A DNA stretch of 64,000 nt from an uncultured virus (IMG/VR IMGVR_UViG_3300038423_000131) (IMGVR_UViG_3300038423_000131), one strand, 5' to 3'. Positions 29,330-40,679 are shown, numbered from the stretch's first letter. Notes: generated by a model not told the origin, from the letters alone. Program-made: numbers and translations.

Positions 29330-30229
29330 ATGTCCGAAGTGGAAAATCTAATTAATAAGGAAGAATATGAAGTTATTGCTGAATTAGAAGGATTAACAAT
29401 TCAAGAGGCAAAACTTGAATATTCTGCGAGGCAAAAATTGCCACCAACAGCTTTTTGTGGTCCACATAAGAGTTATCCTGCAAATGATGCGGCTCATGTT
29501 CGTAATGGGCTTGCCAGATTAAGCCAATTTGGAAGCAAACTTAATCCCAAGGTTAGAGCAAGAATTGAAGGGTGTTTGAAATCAAGGGCAAAACGATTTG
29601 GAGTTGAAGTATCAGAAACTAAAGTTAATCGTTTACCATTAATTAACTGGTATCTACAAGAATGTGGTTTAGAAACTATAGAAGAAACAGCTAAACCTAA
29701 AATTGTGTATCTTGACCCACAGACAATTAATTTTAGCGAAAGTTTCAAAGATGACAAAAATGAAAAGTTGCATAAGAGAGCAGACAAATTTGTTGATATG
29801 TATAAGAAAGGCAGTACAGATGTTCCACCAATTACAGTTTATAAGTTACCTAATGGCAAATATGAAATCCATGATGGACATGCAAGAGTGGCGGCATTCA
29901 GGAAAATGGGCATAAAGAAAATTCCAGCAGTAGTTATTAAGAAAGGAAGCGGAACAGCTAAAGGTTCAAGTTCGTCAAGTTCAAGCGATAGTTCATCTTC
30001 AAGTTCATCGTCAGGTTCAAGCGGAACAGGCTATAAAGCGGCTAAAATAATTATTGATAAAAAGGATAAATCATCTGGTTCGTCAGATTCAAGTGATAGT
30101 TCCTCAAGTTCAGATAGTTCTAAATCAAGTAAACCTCAAGGTACAATAGCAACAAGTAAATTGAGTGCTGGTTCAAATTCAAGCAAATCATTTGATAGTT
30201 CATCAAGTTCAAGTAAGAGTTCGAGTTAA
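29330..30229 (+). CDS. Head-module protein with ParB/Srx-like domain and Ser-rich tail
   Basis: PPITVY...YEIHDGHARVAAF; N-terminal FCGP..SYP..DAAHVRN. Confidence 0.65.
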   Translation: MSEVENLINKEEYEVIAELEGLTIQEAKLEYSARQKLPPTAFCGPHKSYPANDAAHVRNGLARLSQFGSKLNPKVRARIEGCLKSRAKRFGVEVSETKVNRLPLINWYLQECGLETIEETAKPKIVYLDPQTINFSESFKDDKNEKLHKRADKFVDMYKKGSTDVPPITVYKLPNGKYEIHDGHARVAAFRKMGIKKIPAVVIKKGSGTAKGSSSSSSSDSSSSSSSSGSSGTGYKAAKIIIDKKDKSSGSSDSSDSSSSSDSSKSSKPQGTIATSKLSAGSNSSKSFDSSSSSSKSSS

Positions 30230-30468
30230 TAGGTAGGTGAAAAGTATGGAAGCATCAAAACCAACCCCAGCATACGCATATCAATCTGACATAAGTTGGA
30301 TAAACCAAAGAATTGATAGAATTGAGAAGAAATGCAAACTCATTATTGCTATAATGGCTGATAAAAAAATAATTGCTCCAGAACTTGCGAAAGCAATATT
30401 TGAGACTAAACCAGAAGAACAATTAAGTCTAATAGAATGGTACTTGAAAGAAAAGAAAGTTTAGGAGA

Positions 30469-30861
30469 TTGAATATGCCAGTAGAAACTACAGCAAATTA
30501 TATACGGGTTAGAGTAGCAGACCCAGAAGGATTCACACGTTTTAGAGTGAAAACTTTAGGTAGTGGAATTAAAGCCGTAATAGGATTTATGAAGGGTGGC
30601 GGCTCTAAAATCCAAAGCATTCTTTTTCCAAGAGAGCGTTATAATATGAAATCAGCAAGAGCATGGGTATCTTCACATGGATATAAAGTTAATGAGACTT
30701 TACTTGTTTACGATATTATAATTGACCCTAAAACATTTGATTTAACCTTTATTGAAGAATCGGTTACTGAGACCGAAGAATCTGCTGTAGAAAGACCCAA
30801 AGTTAAACCTTGGGCTTGGTTACTGGATGATGAAACAGAATTAACGGGATTTGATATGTAA
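30469..30861 (+). CDS. Phage head-associated protein
   Basis: IRVRVADP..F..FR...IQSILFP...ARAW motif seen in phage head modules. Confidence 0.45.
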   Translation: MNMPVETTANYIRVRVADPEGFTRFRVKTLGSGIKAVIGFMKGGGSKIQSILFPRERYNMKSARAWVSSHGYKVNETLLVYDIIIDPKTFDLTFIEESVTETEESAVERPKVKPWAWLLDDETELTGFDM

Positions 30862-31505
30862 TGAACAAAATAGAAGAAGAAATGATTTATTCAGAATTCA
30901 AGTATATAGGTCCAATTAAAGTAATGGAATCTGCATATGGTGTAGCTTTGATTTCAGGTACATTACTTGTTGAGGGCATAAGCCGTAATAAGAATGTTTA
31001 TGAAATTGATGAGATGGAAAATATTGCTAAACAAGCAGAAGGTGTTCCAATGTATTTTGGAGTTAAAGAAGATATTAATCCAAATACAGGAGTTTTAACA
31101 AAGAATCTTCATGATGATTCAGATGACCATAGAATAGGTAAAATCATAAAAACTGCAATTGATAGAATAAATAAAAAAATAACTTTTATTGCGGAAGTTG
31201 CGAATACTCCATTATTTCCAGATTTAGTAGATAGAATTAAAAGTGGCTGGGGCGTTAGTATAGGCGGATTTGTTAGTAAACTTAATCCTGTAGTTGATAA
31301 AATTAAAGGATTATGTAATAAAATAAAAAACATGGTAGTAGAGCATGTTTCTTTAATAGAGCCATCAGTAGTTAGAGGTCAAGATTCTGCACAAGTGGAA
31401 GATGTTAAAATACAAGAATCTATGATTTATAATGATGAATCATTACCAACTTTAAGATTAAAAATAAATATTGGTAGAGGATGTAGTTTTCAAGGGGTGA
31501 AATAG
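30861..31505 (+). CDS. Prohead maturation protease
   Basis: GISRNKNVY, H, GVSIGG, EHVSLI. Confidence 0.7.
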   Translation: MNKIEEEMIYSEFKYIGPIKVMESAYGVALISGTLLVEGISRNKNVYEIDEMENIAKQAEGVPMYFGVKEDINPNTGVLTKNLHDDSDDHRIGKIIKTAIDRINKKITFIAEVANTPLFPDLVDRIKSGWGVSIGGFVSKLNPVVDKIKGLCNKIKNMVVEHVSLIEPSVVRGQDSAQVEDVKIQESMIYNDESLPTLRLKINIGRGCSFQGVK

Positions 31506-31582
31506 ATGGGAGCGAAGAAATTTAAAGCTAAACTAAAGAAAAATGTAGGCAAAAAGCCAAAAGATGGTTCTTCTTCTACTTA

Positions 31583-32326
31583 TTAAAGTAGATAAAACCA
31601 TTCTAAAAATAATTCTAATCTATACCTTTTTGGAATAAAAGATTGGAATCTCTTTAAACAGTTTCCACATAATATTATCTCATTTCCATGCCCAAGTAAA
31701 CTATTTGTATCATTATTAAATAATGATAGACCCATTTCCTTATCAGAAGCTATTTCATAAATGAATAAATTATCAATAGAATTACATTTTCTACATTTAT
31801 AATTATCACGTTCAAATGTTAATCCTTTATTACTTTGTGCTCTTGTATATCTTCCTGTTTCGCTAAGTAAAGCAAGCATTAATTTTTCTTGCTCATTTTT
31901 GAATTTTGGGAGTCTATCATATATAACTTTACTTATTATTCCACGTTCTACAAAATGCATCATTGCATCTGTAAAATTTCCATTAGTATTATCTTTTGCA
32001 TAATCACTAATAACATCTCTTATATCTTTAGGTATTCGCATTGCTACTAAATGGGTTAAACTGGTTGTAGTTTTATTTCTATTTCTTTGAAATAATAAAT
32101 CTTCGGTTTCTTTATAATCAAGCATGATATGGTCAATACAGGCATTATCAGCATTATTTCCAAATAGTCCTTTAGCTTCTATTGGTGTAGTTTTAGGATT
32201 ATGTCTATACATTCTATGTTTGAAACCTAATATTTTTACTGGTTCATCCATCCATTTATGTAATTCTGTAAATGGGTTCCCATATCTATTTTTTGAATCT
32301 TTTTCATGTTCTTCTAATTTTGGCAT
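31583..32326 (-). CDS. Multidomain protein: His-rich N-domain, possible ribbon-helix-helix, degenerate HNH/Zn C-domain
   Basis: ELHKWMD, HRMYRH, DHIMLD; VAMRIPKDI; ERDNYKCRKC...LCGNC. Confidence 0.45.
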   Translation of the reverse strand: MPKLEEHEKDSKNRYGNPFTELHKWMDEPVKILGFKHRMYRHNPKTTPIEAKGLFGNNADNACIDHIMLDYKETEDLLFQRNRNKTTTSLTHLVAMRIPKDIRDVISDYAKDNTNGNFTDAMMHFVERGIISKVIYDRLPKFKNEQEKLMLALLSETGRYTRAQSNKGLTFERDNYKCRKCNSIDNLFIYEIASDKEMGLSLFNNDTNSLLGHGNEIILCGNCLKRFQSFIPKRYRLELFLEWFYLL

Positions 32327-32402
32327 ATGTGATACACCGTATAATTTTTAACCACAACATTTATATAGTAGTTCTACTATTTAAACTTTATGGTGAAATT
32401 AA

Positions 32403-33212
32403 ATGACAGAACAACCAAAGAAAGAAGAGAAGCAAGCACCAACTGTTAGTATAGATATAACAAGAAGTGCAGAGTTAGAAGCCATGCAAAAAGAATTGAA
32501 AAGGGTAGAAGAAGAATCAAGAGGTCATAAAGCCGAAGCCGAGAAACTTGCCGCCGAAAAACAAACCTTAGAGCAAGAAAAAGGCAATATTCTTTCAGAG
32601 AAGGAACAGCTTGAGGGTGATTTAGCAATTATTGCTAAGAAAGAATTTGATGCTAAATCAGGCGTTTTGTTAGGTAAGGCAGAAGTCGCATTTGGAAGCA
32701 AAGAAGATGCTCGTTACAAAGACTTTGAGAAAAAATTGAATGACCCAGAGAAAGGTCCACAAAATCTTAGAGAACTCGAATTCACTATGGGCGTTCTTGA
32801 GGAAGCATTAAGTAAAGGTAAAGCTGAAATGGAAAAGTTTAAAAAGACTGAGGAAGAAGCAAAGAAAGTAGGAACTACACCACCAGCACCAACAGGCGGT
32901 GGCACAGCACCTTTAAATGAACAGCAAATAACAGGCGGCGGAGCAAAGCCACAAATAGAAGAAGGTTATGATAGTTATGAAGCAATGCTTAGTGACCTTG
33001 TTATTAGGGCAAGAGACCCAAGCGACCCAGCAAAGCAAGCAGAAGCACAAGCAGTATTGGAAGAATTTTGGAAGAAATGGGCTATTCAAGTTCATAAAGA
33101 CTTTGAACAACATACTAAAGTTAGCCAGATTCGGGATTATGAATCCGAAGAAAAAGAACATCATGGAATTGGTGCAAAGAATGCTCCAAAATTGCCACAT
33201 AAAGGTGATTAA
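32403..33212 (+). CDS. Putative capsid scaffolding protein
   Basis: Charged coiled coil located between protease and capsid genes. Confidence 0.5.
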   Translation: MTEQPKKEEKQAPTVSIDITRSAELEAMQKELKRVEEESRGHKAEAEKLAAEKQTLEQEKGNILSEKEQLEGDLAIIAKKEFDAKSGVLLGKAEVAFGSKEDARYKDFEKKLNDPEKGPQNLRELEFTMGVLEEALSKGKAEMEKFKKTEEEAKKVGTTPPAPTGGGTAPLNEQQITGGGAKPQIEEGYDSYEAMLSDLVIRARDPSDPAKQAEAQAVLEEFWKKWAIQVHKDFEQHTKVSQIRDYESEEKEHHGIGAKNAPKLPHKGD

Positions 33213-33214
33213 AT

Positions 33215-33814
33215 ATGGCAGAAACTAATAAGCAATCAGAACAAATAACGCCAGAAAAAGCAAGAGAAATAGTTGCCAAGACATCAATAAAGACATCTGG
33301 AGATAAAGATTACCTTTATACCTATCACGTTAGAAAAGGTAGAAACTATCATATGTTTGATGGAAAACGATATGATGTAGATACATTCTATGGCGCATGT
33401 GAAAGCGAACAAATAGCTGATTTAAGCAATGAAAAAGAACTTTGTTATGAGGAAATACATTATCCAGTAAAAGGTAAAATACTCTACAGAGTTTGGAAAT
33501 ATGACAAAAGTTATGGTGCACCATGTCCAGCATGTGGAAAGAACACAGATATTCAATTCATTATAGAAAGTCAAGGCGTATATATGAAATGCCAATGGTG
33601 TAAAATTACAACAATAGCACCGCCAATGAATATCGAATCTTTAGGTGCAGAACCAGAAAATACTCTTGCAGAAAAAGTAGTTGAAGACCCTGATGTAGAT
33701 TTAAGTTTTGCCGAAGAAGTTTTGAAAAGAACAGGACAACCATCACCGTTCCCAGCAATTCGTGGTTCAACTCGAAGAAAAGAAATAAAAACTCTCAAAG
33801 ACATTAAACACTAA
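33215..33814 (+). CDS. Zn-ribbon hypothetical protein
   Basis: CPAC...CQWC. Confidence 0.45.
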   Translation: MAETNKQSEQITPEKAREIVAKTSIKTSGDKDYLYTYHVRKGRNYHMFDGKRYDVDTFYGACESEQIADLSNEKELCYEEIHYPVKGKILYRVWKYDKSYGAPCPACGKNTDIQFIIESQGVYMKCQWCKITTIAPPMNIESLGAEPENTLAEKVVEDPDVDLSFAEEVLKRTGQPSPFPAIRGSTRRKEIKTLKDIKH

Positions 33815-33838
33815 ATATCCCTTTTTATTTTTTTTTTA

Positions 33839-34336
33839 TTATTTTTTAATTCTAATAGGTCTGCATTTTCGTTTATGTAGTAACATATTATGGAAAAAGA
33901 TATGACATTTTTTACACATTATAATTTTTATTTCTGGAACATATGATATGTGATGTTCAAGTAGATTTTCAGTAGAATTACAAATTAAACAATGTTCATT
34001 AATTACAGGTATATCTTCTATAAATTGTTGTTTTTTTATAAGGTCTTCAAATATTTTTACTTGGTCATCTGTATATGATGATAATTTCATCATTAATCTA
34101 TCTTCTGCCATTCTTTCTCTCATATAATTATTCCATTTAATTTTTCTACAATCCATACAATAGTCTTGATTATTAGAATTTGGCTTAAATGGTTTTTTAC
34201 AATCTAAACATATTTTTAATCCTTGAATATGTACTTGTTGGATTAAAATTTGTTCTTCTGGTTCTCCTATTTTGAATGTTGTTATTCTTTTATTTCCTTG
34301 AGTTTCTTCCTTATAAGCTGGGCGTTCTTCACTCAT
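33839..34336 (-). CDS. HNH-like endonuclease
   Basis: CLIC...LLEHHISY...MCKKCH. Confidence 0.6.
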   Translation of the reverse strand: MSEERPAYKEETQGNKRITTFKIGEPEEQILIQQVHIQGLKICLDCKKPFKPNSNNQDYCMDCRKIKWNNYMRERMAEDRLMMKLSSYTDDQVKIFEDLIKKQQFIEDIPVINEHCLICNSTENLLEHHISYVPEIKIIMCKKCHIFFHNMLLHKRKCRPIRIKK

Positions 34337-34448
34337 AATTTCACCATATAATTAAATAACTATTTAACTATATAAACTTTTTGTTTATAATTACAAACAG
34401 AAGATTTAAATAGTAGTTAAGTAATTATTTAATAATTAGTGATGACAT

Positions 34449-35342
34449 ATGGGTAAAATTAAAATTCAAGAAGTTCTTGAATCAGCAGACGTAAATTACG
34501 GTGCATTCTTGATTTACAGCGAAGTTATTGAAGGGGCAAGACGACCATTGGTTTTCTTTGACACAGTAACAGAAGATTTTTCTTTGATTGGTAGTACAGG
34601 TACTCAAATCTATGTACCAACTTCCACTCAGTTAACTGCTACAAAGTTGACCAGCACTATTGAAGACACAATTTCTTCGGGTTTCACAGCTGCTAATAAA
34701 ACCATCAGCAAAGTCCTTGTTTTAGTATCAACTTTCGTATATTCGTCAATATCTTTGACTGATATATTGAAGGAAGATTATCCGAATATTGATTGGCTCA
34801 GACTACACCTTCACAACATGGGAAAAGCAGTCATGGAGCAAATTGATGCGGATATTGACTCGCTATATTCAGCAGGTATGGGTATAACTAACACGGTTGC
34901 AAGTTGCAACTATGTTGCTGTTACAAACACTCTTGCAATAATGGCGGCAGGTAAATGGATGGCTGAACCCGATAATCCACCATTCCTAATTGTTGGTCCA
35001 GACGTTGCGGCTAAATTAGTTCAAGACACTCTCTTCATATTGACAGAGCGTTTCTATGCAGGCTTAACTCCACAAAGCCTTGAAGGTGAAGTGGGTAGGT
35101 TTGCAGGATGCAAAGTTCTCCAGACTCCATTGCTTGCAGGTACAGGCGTTTCATATATTGTATTCCCACCTAACTTTAAGTGGGGTCCAGTTGCGATTCT
35201 TGCTTGGAAACGTAAGATGAGAGTTAGAGAGCAGAGATATGAAGACAAAGAATTGAGCATATTCGCAACAACTACCCGATACCAACCTGTAGTAATTCAG
35301 GCGGCTGGTATTGCAAAAATAGTAGAAACATCTACGCCATAA
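34449..35342 (+). CDS. Major capsid protein (HK97 fold)
   Basis: G..I.VP, SISLT, MGKAVMEQIDADI, LIVGP, GEVGRFAGCKVL patterns. Confidence 0.75.
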   Translation: MGKIKIQEVLESADVNYGAFLIYSEVIEGARRPLVFFDTVTEDFSLIGSTGTQIYVPTSTQLTATKLTSTIEDTISSGFTAANKTISKVLVLVSTFVYSSISLTDILKEDYPNIDWLRLHLHNMGKAVMEQIDADIDSLYSAGMGITNTVASCNYVAVTNTLAIMAAGKWMAEPDNPPFLIVGPDVAAKLVQDTLFILTERFYAGLTPQSLEGEVGRFAGCKVLQTPLLAGTGVSYIVFPPNFKWGPVAILAWKRKMRVREQRYEDKELSIFATTTRYQPVVIQAAGIAKIVETSTP

Positions 35343-35443
35343 GCAAAAGATAAGCTGATTTGACAAACTTTCCTCTCTTTTCTTTTTTAGAGTAAACTTT
35401 AAATACTTGATTATATATTATAAACCTTGTAGAGTTGATTAGG

Positions 35444-35615
35444 ATGGAGTATTATTGTCCTGATTGTGGTGGTAAAATTGATGTTCCCTGATGATGTTGT
35501 AAATGGTGAGATAGTTACCTGTCCATGTTGTGGGCTTGAATTTGAAACAAAAATTGAGATAGATGGAATATCACTTAAACAATTAACTATTGAAGGCGAA
35601 GATTGGGGTGAGTAG
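35444..35615 (+). pseudogene. lysW: LysW/ArgW amino-group carrier protein with a +1 frame break at CCC-TGA
   Basis: MEYYCPDCGGKIDVP then, in the +1 frame, DDVVNGEIVTCPCCGLEFE...EGEDWGE*. Confidence 0.8.
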
Positions 35616-36454
35616 GTAATGGGTTGGTTTGATTGTTATGATGATGAAGTAGATAATAGGTCATTGACAACAAAAATAAAAGATTGGTATCACCGAAACA
35701 TTTATTAAGTGCCGTGTCTATTTAATTGTAAAGGTAGATATTAATGGGTGAAAAAGATAAACCAGAAGAAGTAATTGAAATCCCTAAATTAAAATTGAAA
35801 CATGATTATCCAATTCCAGACTGTTTAAAAGTTTGGGAAAAGAAAGAAGATATTAGTCCAGAGTACAGGGCTATGATGGATAATATAAATATTTTCATTG
35901 ACAACATTGCCGTGTCGTTAAATGAAGGTCCAGAAGTAGCCGATAATATTGCTAAAAGAATTCAAAGTCTTGACGCAATAATAAAATCATTAATGGATAA
36001 AGTTTTCATAAGTCTTAACGATAGAATTGCCATTTTAGAAAAAATTAAATTTACTATGCTGTATAATAATCAAATGAAGAAGATGGCGGCAACATACATT
36101 AACGCATTAAAGGAAGAACAAAAGAAAAAGGCAGATGAATATGTCGAATAATAATTTTCCAAATCCAAATGAACCATTTCCAGTTGATGAATCAATTCAA
36201 GTGATTGAGGGAACTACCATATATAAGAATAATAAATGGTGGTTTGCAGTTTTGCTTGCTAACAGTTTCGGTCATAATAAAGTTATGATTTATCAATGGC
36301 AATGGTTTGAAATAAAGCGTAAGGAAGGCGATAAGTGGGTTGGAACAGGACAATTCAAATGGAAGCGAAAGCAGAAGATAGGTTTTAATTTTAGTAAGGA
36401 TTGGGATAAGTCTAAACCAGTAGTTGATGAATATATGAAGAAGGGCGGTTTATA

Positions 36455-37486
36455 GTGGGAGATGCAATTTCAGACCTTAAAGAAATTCTTCTTAAACAGA
36501 AGAACGCTCAAATTCAAGAATTTGTAAACAAAGTAACTACGAAAACTAAGATTTCACCTATAGATTTAAAAAAGAAAGAAGCGGCTGAAAAAAGCGAATT
36601 TAAAATTAAGACAAATACAGTTTTAGACGATATTATAGGTGGCGGAATACCAGAAGGTAAATCAGCATTATTATATGGCGAATTTGCATCTGGTAAAACA
36701 CAAACTTGTGAAACAGCGACAGTATTAACAAACGGTCATGTTATTTATATAGATATAGAAGATAGTTGTAGAATGGAAAGATTAAGAGAGATGTGCGAAA
36801 CAAGAGGACTTGATTGGGATAAAGTTAGAGATAAAATTATTTATTTCCAACCTCAAGATTGGATGGAGCAAATGCTTATATCTTTTACAAGTCTTCCAAG
36901 TCCAGTAGATGTTGACGGAAAAGTTGATTTAATCATATGTGATTCGCTTAACAAGCATTTCAGAGGAATAGAATTTCAGGGCAGAGAAACTTTAGGATTA
37001 AAGACAGGTATGCTTAGAGAATTTATATTCCAATTAGAGAAAGCGGCTAAGTTACATCATGCGGCATTACTTTATACATCACAGGTTTACGATGAACCAA
37101 ATGCTGGGGCATATACATCTAAATCAGATACACAGAAACCTATAGGTGGTCACTCATTAGAACATCAGCCAGACTTTATATTATTCTTCATGAAAAGCGG
37201 TGCTACAAATGTTAGAATATGTAGAATGATAGATTCAAGTTACAATAAACTTGCGGAACGGTCATTTGTAATCACCGAAAAAGGCATAGAAGACGTTCCA
37301 GAAGATGCTAATGTTGCTAAACGATTGCTTGATAGTGCGGCTAAATATGCTGAAAAACAATCGCAAGAAGAACTTAAAAAACCTAAGAAAGAAGATAAAA
37401 AGCCTAATCCAGAAGCCGTAAAAGAAATATCAGAAGCATTAGATATACCAACAACTTCATCATCACAGGAAGAATCATCAGAATGA
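36455..37486 (+). CDS. radA: RadA/Rad51-family recombinase
   Basis: GGGIPEG, GEFASGKTQ, IICDSL..HFR.EFQGRETL, KPIGGH. Confidence 0.88.
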   Translation: MGDAISDLKEILLKQKNAQIQEFVNKVTTKTKISPIDLKKKEAAEKSEFKIKTNTVLDDIIGGGIPEGKSALLYGEFASGKTQTCETATVLTNGHVIYIDIEDSCRMERLREMCETRGLDWDKVRDKIIYFQPQDWMEQMLISFTSLPSPVDVDGKVDLIICDSLNKHFRGIEFQGRETLGLKTGMLREFIFQLEKAAKLHHAALLYTSQVYDEPNAGAYTSKSDTQKPIGGHSLEHQPDFILFFMKSGATNVRICRMIDSSYNKLAERSFVITEKGIEDVPEDANVAKRLLDSAAKYAEKQSQEELKKPKKEDKKPNPEAVKEISEALDIPTTSSSQEESSE

Positions 37487-37886
37487 CAACCACATTTCTT
37501 TTAACTCCAACTTTAGAGCATATACTTGCTGGCGATGGTTTCGAAACTCATGGTAGAGGCATGAAATTAATTTGTTGCGCTCCACATTGTATATATGAAA
37601 CTGATGATAAAGAATATTCTGAACCATATTTTGATAGAAAAATATCATGGAAAGGTTATGCTGAGTGCATTAATTGCGGTAATCAAACTCCGCTTGAACA
37701 TCTTGAACATACAGATAATATTGGTTTAAAAAAGCAATATCGGTCACATGAAGATACAATTATTTCTGTATGCGGAAAATGTGGTCATCCAGTTAAAATA
37801 GTTTATACCCAATGGGTAGTTTCTAAACATCGTAAATCACGACATTATTACTACCACGCCGAGTGCTTTGAAAGGATGTTTATTTA

Positions 37887-38285
37887 ATGGCAGAAGAAAA
37901 ACTATTTAAGCGTAAACAATATAGAATGCGTTACTGTGGCTCAGGCGGAAATGGCTGTGTAATAACATTACCTTTTGACCCAAGAAACCATATTTGTAAG
38001 GCTTGCCATAAATCGGTAATAAAAAATGAAATTAAAATAACTGCTTTGCATCATTTTAAATATGCTTATAAACCTGAAACTGTTAAGGCTAATCCAATAC
38101 TAATACTTGATAATACTGCTGAACTTTGTTTTCCATGTCATCAAGCTGGAGACGGTTTAATGAACATCTTAAAACAATCACCTGAAAGAGTTTTAGAAGT
38201 AGCTAAACTTATGCCGAAAGACTTATTAAGTCGTTATTCTATTATATGTAAGATGTATTTGGAGTGGTATAATAAAAATGCTTAA
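37887..38285 (+). CDS. HNH-like protein
   Basis: CKAC...ALHH...ELCFPCH. Confidence 0.5.
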   Translation: MAEEKLFKRKQYRMRYCGSGGNGCVITLPFDPRNHICKACHKSVIKNEIKITALHHFKYAYKPETVKANPILILDNTAELCFPCHQAGDGLMNILKQSPERVLEVAKLMPKDLLSRYSIICKMYLEWYNKNA

Positions 38286-38748
38286 AACATATTTAACAGG
38301 TCCGATAACTTTAACTAATAATGGTGAATGCCGAAAGTGGCGTGAAGAAGCAACTGAAAGACTTGGAAAAATGGGCATAGAAGCACTAAATCCATTTAAT
38401 ATTAAAGGTAATACTGATGATATTAGAAAGCAAATTTATGATGCTAATCAAAGGGGAGATATTGAAACTACCCGTTCTCTTGTTAGTAGTCATATGATTG
38501 AAACAGATTTAATTATGGTTAAAAAAGCAGACTTCTTGACTGTTTGGATTCCTAAACTTAACGGTTATGAAATTTGTGGAAGTTACGGAGAAGTTACATT
38601 AGCATGTTATCTTGGAAAACCAATATATGTTATTACGGAACGAAGTCTGAAACCAAGTGAATTACCAAGTTGGCTTGTGGGCTGTTCAACCGAAATCTTT
38701 ATAAGTTGGTCAGATTATTATGAGTATATAATGGAGAAATATGGATGA
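38278..38748 (+). CDS. Nucleoside 2-deoxyribosyltransferase-like protein
   Basis: YLTGPI, LNPF, D...V..AD, GSYGEVTLA..LGKPIYV. Confidence 0.75.
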   Translation: MLKTYLTGPITLTNNGECRKWREEATERLGKMGIEALNPFNIKGNTDDIRKQIYDANQRGDIETTRSLVSSHMIETDLIMVKKADFLTVWIPKLNGYEICGSYGEVTLACYLGKPIYVITERSLKPSELPSWLVGCSTEIFISWSDYYEYIMEKYG

Positions 38749-39383
38749 GCCAAAGACCGAATAAAATAGATTGGTATTTTAAAATGGCTAAAGTTGTTGC
38801 TGAAAGAAGTCCGTGTAGCAGACGAAAATTTGGTGCTATATTAGTTAAAGATGATGCTATTATAGCAACTGGCTATACTGGAACTGTTCGTGGGGCAAAA
38901 AATTGTGGTGTAGATACCCCATGTTTAAAAGACTTATATAACGAAGAACATTGTAAATCATATGAGCATTGTTCAAGTGTGCATGGAGAACAAAATTGTA
39001 TTATGAATGCGGCAAGAGTTGGAATATCTACAGTTGGAGCTACGATGTATCTTAGCGAAGTTAATGATAAAAATGATGAACGCCCATGCCATCTTTGCAG
39101 ACGCTTTATTATACAGGCGGGAATCAAAGATGTCTATTACTATAAATCTAAAATTGTTATTCCAAGTGGTCTTGGAGAATCAAAGAAGAGAATTATACTA
39201 TTTCATGAAGAAGTAGTAGATTGGGTTAAATTAGAGGATGAATGGATAGAGGACCAAATTAAGAATGCCCCAAAACCTAAAAGAATAGGTAAATGTGCAA
39301 ATTGTGGACATGATAAAGAATTAGTCACCACAGATGATTTATGTCAAGAATGTCTTGATAGATATAATGAAGGTATTGGTTAA
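38745..39383 (+). CDS. dCMP deaminase
   Basis: RSPCSRRKFGA, VHGEQN, PCHLC. Confidence 0.88.
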   Translation: MSQRPNKIDWYFKMAKVVAERSPCSRRKFGAILVKDDAIIATGYTGTVRGAKNCGVDTPCLKDLYNEEHCKSYEHCSSVHGEQNCIMNAARVGISTVGATMYLSEVNDKNDERPCHLCRRFIIQAGIKDVYYYKSKIVIPSGLGESKKRIILFHEEVVDWVKLEDEWIEDQIKNAPKPKRIGKCANCGHDKELVTTDDLCQECLDRYNEGIG

Positions 39384-40463
39384 TTGCCCAATGAAGACCA
39401 TATAAGTGAATCTGAATTTTTACTTGAATTTTTCGGCAATTATGGTAGAATATTAGGTAATCCGCCATATGCAGGTCGCAAACGCTACTTTACAGATAAT
39501 CCAAACAACATCTTCGAATGCATAGAATTTGCTGAAAAAAATAAATTACCAGCGTTTATATCAGTTCAACCATTTTCATCATATGGCATAGTTAAAGGCA
39601 TAGAGAAACTATTCCTTGATTTCGATTATGGTCGAGCCAGTGATGAGTTAACTGAGAAACAAATAGTCGAATCCAAAGAAGAAGTTGATTTTGAACTTAA
39701 AAGATTTGTTTATAAATTATCTAAGAGAGACCCAAAACTTACTCCAATGATTATTAAAACCAATAAAGGCTATCATGTTTACATATATCTTGATAAAATC
39801 TATGAGTTTAGCGATTCTCAGGATTTCGTTAAGGAAATATATAAGACGCTTGTTGATTCAATAAAGTGTTATCGTTCTGTTTCATATCTCGATGCATCAA
39901 CCGATGAAGACCTTGTTAGATTATGCAGAATTCCGTTTTCGATACATCAAGTATCTGGTAAGAAATGTGTTTTATTGAAAGTAAATAAAGATAATCAATT
40001 TGAAGAAGATAAAATTCGTGGATTAGACTATTATAGAAAAGGCGGTCTTAAATATTCAGATGTTATTCAAGCAGTAAAGGATACAATTAAGCGTTTAAAA
40101 ATGGAAGAAGAAGACCGAAAGAAAGTGAAGAATATGATATATACAGGACAAGTTTCTCAAACAATCAGCCAGATAAGACCGTGTTATCTCAAAGCACTTA
40201 AAGGTAAAGAAATGGAGCATGGTCAACGATTAGCACTTCTCGGTGAAGCATGGTATTCAGGACTAAGAGATGTAGATAGTATTGCTAATTTATTCAGTAA
40301 TATGAACGATTTTAATCTTGGGTTGACTCGTTATTATGTTAAATATTTTATAGATAAACAAAGTTACTTGGAGTATCCACCTTATAAATGTGAAACAATA
40401 AAAAAGTTAGGTTGGTGTCTTGAAAGTAATGAGTGTCAAATTTGGAGAAAAAATCATGAATAA
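39384..40463 (+). CDS. Archaeo-eukaryotic primase, PriS fused to PriL C-terminal Fe-S domain
   Basis: FLDFD, KGYHVY, RLCRIP; then IRPC...HGQRL...YKCETIKKLGWC...C. Confidence 0.82.
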   Translation: MPNEDHISESEFLLEFFGNYGRILGNPPYAGRKRYFTDNPNNIFECIEFAEKNKLPAFISVQPFSSYGIVKGIEKLFLDFDYGRASDELTEKQIVESKEEVDFELKRFVYKLSKRDPKLTPMIIKTNKGYHVYIYLDKIYEFSDSQDFVKEIYKTLVDSIKCYRSVSYLDASTDEDLVRLCRIPFSIHQVSGKKCVLLKVNKDNQFEEDKIRGLDYYRKGGLKYSDVIQAVKDTIKRLKMEEEDRKKVKNMIYTGQVSQTISQIRPCYLKALKGKEMEHGQRLALLGEAWYSGLRDVDSIANLFSNMNDFNLGLTRYYVKYFIDKQSYLEYPPYKCETIKKLGWCLESNECQIWRKNHE

Positions 40464-40679
40464 AAACCAAAGACGCAATAGACCAAATAGAAAAGTGATG
40501 CCTGAATCAGATTGGGAACGTAAAATGAGAGAAATAAAGGAAGGTTTCGAATATGGCGGCGGCAAAGAAAGCTAAGGCTGAATGGAAATGGTTAAAAGTC
40601 ATCTATGGCAAATTTGACGAAATAGAGAAAACCGAAAAGTATATTAAAGACGAAATTATTAAGATTAATAAGAGGTTGG

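Noticed and set aside
29940..30229. Ser-codon repeats as a DNA-level array
   Set aside because: Irregular low-complexity poly-Ser coding sequence with no fixed period.
38745..40463. Stop readthrough fusing dCMP deaminase to primase (likewise 59830-60516 to MCM)
   Set aside because: The downstream genes have TTG starts with purine-rich RBS-like motifs, so in-frame adjacency is adequately explained by tight packing.
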